Assembly (NCBI GenBank): GCA_041479945.1
Contig: JBGOYZ010000002.1
Coordinates: 7,472 to 71,471, forward strand
Length of the DNA: 64,000 nt
Direction of reading: 5' to 3'
Origin: Thermoproteota archaeon
GTDB taxonomy: Archaea; Thermoproteota; EX4484-205; JAAOZO01
A model generated the notes under the pieces. The model saw only the letters and a list, made by a program, of their open reading frames with translations, did not search any database and was not told the DNA's origin. Positions 57,296 to 64,000 of this stretch are shown here, piece after piece; position 1 is the stretch's first letter, and every line of letters begins with the position of its first letter. The position numbers and the translations under genes were made by a program.

Positions 57296-58357
57296 TCAGA
57301 AGTCCCACTCGACTTCCACTTCTTTCTCGAGTTCGGCTGACCGGCCCACTGCCTCCAGAATCGCCTGATCCTTGAGACCCTCGATCGCAGGACAGAACAG
57401 TGGCTTTCCCTTTCTCACAGATTCCACGAACTTGAAGATCCTCTGCTCGTATATGTCAGGCTGCTTGATCTCGTCGTGGGGCTTTATGACCACCCTCTTC
57501 TGCAGGACATCCTTGTAGAACTCAAGTGGCGTGAGTTGGGCTCCACCTCTCGTTCCAAGCAACACTATTCCGAAAACGTCTGCAGGGGAGAAGGATGCCC
57601 AGTTCGTTTCGAGGAGCATGGTCATGCCGTTTCTGAACTTGATGAAACCGAAAGCGCTGTCCTCGACATTGAAGTTCTGCGCCTTCCAGTGCCCGCCCCA
57701 TCCTTCTTTCCTAGCCATCGTTGGATCCGTGCAGATCTTGTCGTATGTCACCGCGTATGCGGTCTTGGGTGCAGGGAATCCCAGGACGTACATTACCATG
57801 TCAACCGCATAGCACCCTATGTCCAGGAGCGGGCCGCCTCCGGAAAACTTCCTGTCGATGAACGTCGGCCTGACTGGCACTCCCCATTTCCTCAGGGCGA
57901 GAGCGCGCGAATAGTACACTTCTCCCAGTTCTCCCGCTTGCACGAGATCCTTGATTGAGTTCAGGTCTATCCTGAATCTCGTCTGATATCCAACAATCAG
58001 TATCCTCTTGTACTTCTTCGATGCTTCATACATCTGTCTTGCTCCCGACAGGCTTCCTGCCATCGGCTTCTCGGTCAACACGTGGACCCCGGCCTTCAAC
58101 GCGGCTATGGTCGGATCCTTGTGGACGACGTTCGGCGTACACACACTGACGGCATCCAAGCTCTCCTTCTCAAGCATCTCATTGTAGTCCTTGTAGAAGT
58201 GAGGGATCTTGAATTCCTTTGAAACCGCCTTGGCAGCCTTGAGGTCAATGTCAGCGCAGGCAGCGAGTTCGACACCCTCGAGCTTCTTGTAGTTGGGCAG
58301 GTGCGCTACCTTGGCGATGTTCCCAGTTCCGATTATGCCGACCCTGAGCTTCCTCAT
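57296..58357 (-). CDS. Gfo/Idh/MocA-family oxidoreductase
   Basis: LRVGIIGTGNIAKVAH Rossmann motif, EKP (LTEKPMA). ATG at 58357 (MRKLRV...). Confidence 0.8.
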   Translation of the reverse strand: MRKLRVGIIGTGNIAKVAHLPNYKKLEGVELAACADIDLKAAKAVSKEFKIPHFYKDYNEMLEKESLDAVSVCTPNVVHKDPTIAALKAGVHVLTEKPMAGSLSGARQMYEASKKYKRILIVGYQTRFRIDLNSIKDLVQAGELGEVYYSRALALRKWGVPVRPTFIDRKFSGGGPLLDIGCYAVDMVMYVLGFPAPKTAYAVTYDKICTDPTMARKEGWGGHWKAQNFNVEDSAFGFIKFRNGMTMLLETNWASFSPADVFGIVLLGTRGGAQLTPLEFYKDVLQKRVVIKPHDEIKQPDIYEQRIFKFVESVRKGKPLFCPAIEGLKDQAILEAVGRSAELEKEVEVEWDF

Positions 58358-58535
58358 AACCCCTGTGACAAGGACTTGACTTAAATCGCTTTTCCGGAAG
58401 CGGTTGACCTCCACATCACATGCAGAAAGAGAGACTAATACATAGGAAGCTATGAGCTGAAACCATCATGAAGAGACTCCTGAGCTTGCCTCACGCAAGA
58501 CATGCTTCAACGGGTCAGTCCATGCTCCTGCCGGG

Positions 58536-59594
58536 CTAGCTCCATCCGTGCTCATAGCCCGTCTCATACATCGCAACGATGTTCTCCGGAGGAGTTATCG
58601 ATTGGATGTTGTGACAGGGTGCGAGGATGTATCCTCCGCCCTCGCCAAGAATCCTGATGTTGTCAATCACCTCTCGCCGGACGTCATCTACCGTGCCAAA
58701 TGGAAGCGTATGTTGGTTGTCAACTCCCCCATGGAAGATCAGTTTATTGCCGAAGTCCCTTTTCAGCCCTTCCCTCTCCATTCCTTTGCATCGCCACTGG
58801 ATCGGATTCAAGAGATCGATTCCCGCTTCAATCAAGTCGGGTATGATTCTCCTTATCGCTCCATCAGAATGATGAAAGACGAAAGCTCCGACGCCATGGA
58901 CCAAGTTGATCATCCTCTTCATCCCGGGGATGAGGAATCTTCTGATGTGTTCTGGCGAATACATCAAGTCCTCCTGTCCCCCGAGATCTTCTGCCACATA
59001 GGTGATCATCACCTTTTTCGGAATCTGCTCGTAGATCCTCTTTGTGTTCTCATAGGAAAGATCGAACAGCGCGCCCATGCAATACTCAACTATGTCCGGG
59101 TTGATGATTAGGTCCTTGAATGCCTGTTCTTGGCCCCTCAAGTACTTGTAAGTGAGGAATGGCTCCGAGCCTCCTCCTCTGATCGGATACATTTCCTTAC
59201 CTCTGATTTGTTCCGGGATTGATGAGTGGTCATACCAATCAATGTCCGGCCATCTGTAGTTCCTCTCTATCTCTCCCACGGATTCATATCGTGCTAGTGG
59301 GTGAAAGACACACTCGTCATAGACTCCAGCGGAGTAATGAACTCTCTCGAACCTGCATCCAAAGACGTCTGCTCCTTCAGGAACTTGGGGGCCAATGTAT
59401 GTAGAGTGAACTGTCACCGGAGGATCGATGTGAAGCTTCTCGTACACCCCTTCCAGTGTCCCAACTCCCAAGTAGTTCATCAGATTCCGGCTCGTCTCAT
59501 CGGTTGCCCAGTAGTCCATCGGTATTCTGTCGGGCTTCTTTCTTCTCAGGACAGCCAGCCATCTCTCGCTGGGAAGCATCGTCTCCTTTTCCAT
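58536..59594 (-). CDS. Uroporphyrinogen decarboxylase (URO-D)-family protein
   Basis: URO-D/MtaA-like blocks (PDRIPMDYWAT..., C-terminal LAPCHNI). Second copy of this family in the window. Confidence 0.7.
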   Translation of the reverse strand: MEKETMLPSERWLAVLRRKKPDRIPMDYWATDETSRNLMNYLGVGTLEGVYEKLHIDPPVTVHSTYIGPQVPEGADVFGCRFERVHYSAGVYDECVFHPLARYESVGEIERNYRWPDIDWYDHSSIPEQIRGKEMYPIRGGGSEPFLTYKYLRGQEQAFKDLIINPDIVEYCMGALFDLSYENTKRIYEQIPKKVMITYVAEDLGGQEDLMYSPEHIRRFLIPGMKRMINLVHGVGAFVFHHSDGAIRRIIPDLIEAGIDLLNPIQWRCKGMEREGLKRDFGNKLIFHGGVDNQHTLPFGTVDDVRREVIDNIRILGEGGGYILAPCHNIQSITPPENIVAMYETGYEHGWS

Positions 59595-59733
59595 GCCGTC
59601 CTCTGACCTCTCACACTGTTGAAGTTAAGGTTTCAAACTTCCATTCCTTGACACTGCAGTTTGTGGGATCCACTGCGTGCTAGATGGCGCATCACTCGTT
59701 CGAACACGGCTTCTACGGGAGTTCTCTCGCGCG

Positions 59734-60288
59734 TCAAACGTTGCGGTTGGATACCATGAGAAGCCAAGCAGATGTCATGAGGCAGGAAAGGGTCTCTTGT
59801 ATTGCCACACCGTGCCAGGGCCACCCTATGGACCAGATCACCGGAATGGCTATGCCGAAAGCCAGACTGATCGCCCCGATCTTCGGGGAACTCAAAGCCC
59901 GCGAATAGTAGCTGTACATCAGCATGCTAGCAGCCATCAAGGAGAACAGTATCACGGATACCACGAAGTGTATCGACCCTGTGTTTTCGGAAAAGAAGCC
60001 AACTAGGGCAAGATCTACTCCTGCCGCCGCTGTCGGTATCGACCAACTCAGGTACTTCAGGGAACGATATCGAACCGAGATGAGAATGGCAAAGCATGCT
60101 ACCAGTCCTCCCGAGAGAATCAGGCCGAAGTTGAAGATCCATGCGGTTGAGGCATGAAGGGCTGAGTTCCCCAGATCGCTCAGTGCGTTGTTGCTGAGGT
60201 CGAACCAAGGAGAAAGGATGATGGATGCACCTATGAATGGATATGCTGCGACGGCACTCAACCCTCCAATGATCTTCTGAGGTTCCAT
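59734..60288 (-). CDS. Hypothetical polytopic membrane protein (DUF998-like)
   Basis: 6 predicted TM helices. No soluble domain. Confidence 0.4.
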   Translation of the reverse strand: MEPQKIIGGLSAVAAYPFIGASIILSPWFDLSNNALSDLGNSALHASTAWIFNFGLILSGGLVACFAILISVRYRSLKYLSWSIPTAAAGVDLALVGFFSENTGSIHFVVSVILFSLMAASMLMYSYYSRALSSPKIGAISLAFGIAIPVIWSIGWPWHGVAIQETLSCLMTSAWLLMVSNRNV

Positions 60289-60493
60289 CGGATCGCAATC
60301 TATCTGAGGGGATTTAATCTTTGGCCAGAATCCGCGAGTCCTCGTGCCGGTGCATGCAACCCAAACGATCGCTCTGAAGTCTTATAGGCCGCAACGGATG
60401 AGTCTCCTGGACTACTCTCGAGGCAGGAAGATGATCTCAGATCCGGACCGTATTGTCTTGCGGGCCCTCGCTGGGCGTGTGGTGGCCAAGGGG

Positions 60494-60543
60494 GTAAACC
60501 CCTAGAGATGTACATATGAGAGTAAACTCCTAGAGGTTTACAT
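60494..60543. repeat. Tandem near-palindromic motif GTAAAC-N8-GTTTAC (two 22-nt units, 28-nt period) in a 665-bp non-coding region
   Basis: Unit 1 GTAAACCCCTAGAGATGTACAT (60494..60515); unit 2 GTAAACTCCTAGAGGTTTACAT (60522..60543); 19/22 identical. Unit 2 has perfect 6-bp inverted arms and a central CTAG. Confidence 0.5.
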
Positions 60544-60961
60544 TGTCCAGAAAAGCTGGGGATGTCTACGCGGTCACGGTCGACACTAGGGGATCAAGGG
60601 CCAGATTGAGGCGTACTAGATCCAGCGGGAGGAGTCTACAAGATCTGGCTGGACCTTCGGTCTTTGACCAACTTGTCCCGGAATCGTCGCGATGATAAGA
60701 CTTAGAGCACTCTTAGGCGTCGTGTGGGTTCATCCCTCAGCTTTCCCCACGTGCAGATGAATCCAAATCCACAGCTCTGGCCGCATCGGAGACTGGCGGT
60801 ATTAGATGAGCTGGATTCCTCTCAGAGGATCGGCTGTTTCGGTGGGCTTGTCCCATTACCTTAGGGCGATACGTGCACGGGACCATTTCAGGCTGCCAAT
60901 GGAGGTTTCAAGAACAGTGAGGGTGGCAAGGCTTAAGTAGATTGCGAAGTCAGTGCGTTTG

Positions 60962-61462
60962 ATGCACCCTTCTGAACGTGGAAGGGGTGGGAAATCCGAT
61001 TACGACGTACAGATAGAATCAGCAGGGGAGATGTGTGCGGAAATGGAAAGCCTTGCGGCAAGGATCAAGACGGCGAAAGATCTGATCGAAGGTCCCAACG
61101 TATCTCCTAGTGAGAAATCCGATCTGGAGCGAGCCAGGGCTGAGCTGGTAGCTCTGTTAGACTTCAAGACCAAGGTGCTGAGGTCGAGCTTGGACAGACT
61201 GGGGGAAGAACGTGGCCGGTCTGAGAGAATGATGTCTTTTCTCGAGAGGGAACTGGGAAGAGAACGTGCCATGCTTGCGATAGAAAAAGAGTCCAACGAG
61301 GATAAGGAAAAGGAATTTGAGGCCCAGCTTAGGATAAGCAGACTGGGTAAGGAACTGGTCCTTCAACAGAGCAGGGCGAAGGCTATTGGCGAAGCACTTG
61401 ATTTGCTGAAACCCGTGTTCGAAAAGGCGGCCATCACGACGGAGCTGGCCCCTGCGAAGTGA
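60962..61462 (+). CDS. Hypothetical coiled-coil protein
   Basis: Heptad-rich, charged (E/R/K/L) sequence. ATG at 60962 lies about 25 bp downstream of CTTAAGTA. Confidence 0.4.
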   Translation: MHPSERGRGGKSDYDVQIESAGEMCAEMESLAARIKTAKDLIEGPNVSPSEKSDLERARAELVALLDFKTKVLRSSLDRLGEERGRSERMMSFLERELGRERAMLAIEKESNEDKEKEFEAQLRISRLGKELVLQQSRAKAIGEALDLLKPVFEKAAITTELAPAK

Positions 61463-61726
61463 ACGCCGGGAGGCAATGTCCTCAGGCCAGCGTTTCCCCT
61501 AATAGGGATTTGAGTGCAAGACCTATCCCAGATGACGACCAAGATCCGCGGGACATCGCTTGCGACAAGGACATGCCAACGCTGAGATCCAAGTGGAGGT
61601 GGCTGTACTCCACAGTCGTAGATTGCGAATGGGAAAGAATGCCACCTCGTGTACGACCCACTCCCGAAGTCATCAAGGCTTATATGCGGACCTCCGACAT
61701 CAGCATGGCAACAGCTTCGAGCATCG

Positions 61727-63730
61727 ATGAAATGCCCCGTGGTCTTCACAGTCATTGCCTTGCTTCTGGTCACGGTTTCGCTCCCTTGGTTGATCGGCGT
61801 CAGGGGGTCTGATGAACAGGCTCAGGTCATGAGCCACAAATCGTTCATAGAACATGGGACTTTCGAGATCGACGGACACTACGAGGGAGATTTCCTGCAC
61901 GTGATTGGGGTGATCCAGGTTACGGGCGCGGGAAACATCGAAGATGTCAGAGTAGACTTGACATTCTACGATGCAGTGGGCGATCGCATAACAGCTGGCC
62001 CGGTCGAGTCACTGTTGGGAACATACCGGGAAGTGGACGGTGTGAAGACGCCCTACAACCTGCTCGGGCCGGGCGACAAGCTTCCCTTCCATGTCGTTCT
62101 TCTAGATGAGGTCGCGAGCGCCAAGGTTGACGCCTATGACATCTCCTTGAAGTACGCAACTACGGAGGAGCAACCATACAGGAACTTGGTCATCCTCAAT
62201 CACAGGTTGAGATCGTTCTACGGATCCAAGTCCGTGATAGGTGAGCTGACAAACGCGGGACAGGAGAACATTCACTGCGTGTCCGTCCATGTGGCCTTCT
62301 ACGATGCCAGTGGGGAGATCATGGGGGCTGAATACTACCCGATTCCGCTCAGCGTCATGGTCCCGGGAGACAAGCTGGTCTTTGCCACGTACTCAGCCAT
62401 GATAGACGAGGATGTCAGCTATGAGCTGACACCTGTTTGCATCGAGGCAGACTATGCGCCCTACAGGGAGTTCAGGATACTCTCCCACTCGTCTCGCTTG
62501 GATCAATACGGCGATTTCATTGTTGAGGGAGAGGTAGCAAACACGGGGAGCAAGGAGGCCACGAATGTCAACGTCGCAGTTGACTTCTACGACAGGTTCG
62601 GAATACCGCTTGGCGCGAACGACGCTGAGATACCGAGCATCCAGAGTGGCGGCAGTAGCCCCTTCAGCGTTCGACTCTGGGACATGGACTTGGCAAGCGA
62701 GGTCGCGAACTATACCTTCCACGTGAGTTCCGGTCCATACACGACAGGTGCTCCACCCTTACATGAGGAGGAACCTGTGAGGTCGCCCTCGTCCCTGCCG
62801 GTGGCATCGGTGGCCGTGGCTATCGGTGCTGGAGTCTCCGCTGGGTTGACTGCTACCGCAGGAGCGACGGGATTGGGACAACAGTTCAACGCGGCCGTGT
62901 CCAGACTGGATCTTCCCAACTCGATCAAGGACTTCCTCAAGTTCTACACGGAGGAGACCTTCAAACACGTGACCGGGAAGGAGGCGAAGGTCAAGAGGCG
63001 CAAAAGATACATGTCGATCAGTAGGCTTCTCTCTCTCGTGATTTCGGCCACTGCATTAGTGGTCGTGCTCTCATATGCCGAACTGAACGGCTTGTCGGGG
63101 TTTCTGAACGTATCCGAACTCATGTCAGTCATGCCCAGCGTGCTAATCACGGTAGTCCTGTTCCTCGTCATCAAGGAGGCAGTCGCTCTGATCATTGGGA
63201 ACATGCTCAATGTCCTTTGCGAGCTCAAGGTGTGGCTCCACGGGCTATTCGCCCTCCTCATCTCAGGGCTAGGGTTTCTCCTGCCGTTTGGCTCCCCTTG
63301 GAGGACCGATTACGAAGGCGATTTGGACGTGAAAGGTGCCGGACTCATCGGGACTCTGAAAATCCTCTGTGACCTGGCGCTCATGATCCCGTTCTACGGC
63401 TTCACATTGCTGGGGTATGAACTCATCGGGGACGCAGGTATGCTCTTGACAACGATGTCAGCCTACTACTCGTCCTTCCCCCTGAGGCCACTCGAAGGGA
63501 AAGCTGTTTTCGAATACAACAAGGCGCTCTGGGCCTCCCTCTTCGCAGGATCACTTGCTCTCTTCGTCTCGTGCTCTGCCAAGCTGTTGCCAAGCATGGC
63601 ATATCTGTTGGGAGGGTCTCTCGCGATGGCCCTGTTCATCGGTATACTGATCTTAGAGATGAAGAGAGCCAGGGGGCGATCCGCGATGGAAGGGACTGTG
63701 GAAATTCCTCCACCCCCTCCTCCGTTGTGA
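61727..63730 (+). CDS. Large membrane protein: signal-anchor, three tandem about 100-aa beta-domain repeats with (V/L)xFYDxxG motif, polytopic C-terminal domain, C-terminal oligoproline tail (IPPPPPPL-stop)
   Basis: ATG at 61727 (MKCPVVFTVIALLLVTVSLPWLIG) gives a signal/anchor; the track's upstream GTG extension is less likely. Repeats contain VDLTFYDAVGDRITAG, VHVAFYDASGEIMGAE and VAVDFYDRFGIPLGAN. At least 6 TM helices after residue about 400. Confidence 0.55.
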   Translation: MKCPVVFTVIALLLVTVSLPWLIGVRGSDEQAQVMSHKSFIEHGTFEIDGHYEGDFLHVIGVIQVTGAGNIEDVRVDLTFYDAVGDRITAGPVESLLGTYREVDGVKTPYNLLGPGDKLPFHVVLLDEVASAKVDAYDISLKYATTEEQPYRNLVILNHRLRSFYGSKSVIGELTNAGQENIHCVSVHVAFYDASGEIMGAEYYPIPLSVMVPGDKLVFATYSAMIDEDVSYELTPVCIEADYAPYREFRILSHSSRLDQYGDFIVEGEVANTGSKEATNVNVAVDFYDRFGIPLGANDAEIPSIQSGGSSPFSVRLWDMDLASEVANYTFHVSSGPYTTGAPPLHEEEPVRSPSSLPVASVAVAIGAGVSAGLTATAGATGLGQQFNAAVSRLDLPNSIKDFLKFYTEETFKHVTGKEAKVKRRKRYMSISRLLSLVISATALVVVLSYAELNGLSGFLNVSELMSVMPSVLITVVLFLVIKEAVALIIGNMLNVLCELKVWLHGLFALLISGLGFLLPFGSPWRTDYEGDLDVKGAGLIGTLKILCDLALMIPFYGFTLLGYELIGDAGMLLTTMSAYYSSFPLRPLEGKAVFEYNKALWASLFAGSLALFVSCSAKLLPSMAYLLGGSLAMALFIGILILEMKRARGRSAMEGTVEIPPPPPPL

Positions 63731-64000
63731 CCATAGTGTATGCCTTCGTCCCACGGAGCACCACCATGTCTAAGTTAGATTTCAGAAGTCGATGAATCCC
63801 AGCGCACAGCACCGACTCTGTGATATCGAAGCCCCTTGCTGTAACTCGTGGTCGAATCATGACCAATTCTGCGCGATTCGGCAGCAATCGGTGCCAAAGA
63901 GAGGAGAATCAGGAGAAAATAGGACGGAACGATCTCGGTAAGGGGACGTGTGATGTGTGCGAAAATCTTTACACCCGAAGAACTTGAAAAGCCTGAAATA

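Noticed and set aside
60300-60515. 71-aa Pro/Arg/Ser-rich minus-strand ORF in the long non-coding island
   Set aside because: Low-complexity composition, no start context, no homolog-like features. The region is better explained as regulatory/non-coding.
60494-60543. Possibility that the GTAAAC...GTTTAC units are a CRISPR array
   Set aside because: Only two units, period 28 nt with 6-nt spacers (far shorter than CRISPR spacers), and no cas genes in the window. Interpreted as operator-like palindromes instead.

Overview
This 64-kb window is a gene-dense archaeal chromosomal segment of roughly 55% GC. Several lines point to an archaeon: an archaeal-type phosphoglycerate kinase; BRE/TATA-like (G/C)CTTAAAT boxes about 25-35 bp upstream of ATGs, suggesting leaderless mRNAs; a DUF5678 plus retropepsin-like pair; and DUF123 and SpoIIM/DUF95 proteins. 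About 60 protein-coding genes are supported; no rRNA, tRNA, CRISPR array or obvious transposon was found. Content is dominated by heterotrophic carbon metabolism: a GlcNAc/glycan-scavenging set comprising a GH84 O-GlcNAcase homolog, GH20 hexosaminidase, GH3, a BNR/Asp-box sialidase-like protein, a GlcNAc-kinase-like ATPase and MFS transporters; a glycerol catabolic operon (glpK, glpA, NAD(FAD) oxidoreductase, DUF1667); a divergent gap (bacterial class I) and pgk (archaeal) pair; a putative deoxy-sugar-like catabolic cluster (FGGY kinase, class II aldolase, ALDH, 2-hydroxyacid dehydrogenase); three Gfo/Idh/MocA oxidoreductases and two URO-D-like proteins; and metal and ABC-2 ABC transporters. 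The most unusual signals are: (1) three unrelated proteins that all end in an oligoproline tail directly before the stop codon, two of them with near-identical DNA context at the stop; (2) a DUF5678/retropepsin-like protease pair next to an unannotated 30-aa SEC-C zinc-finger mini-ORF; (3) a 665-bp non-coding island with tandem GTAAAC-N8-GTTTAC palindromes; (4) a large polytopic membrane protein with three tandem FYD-motif beta-domain repeats.
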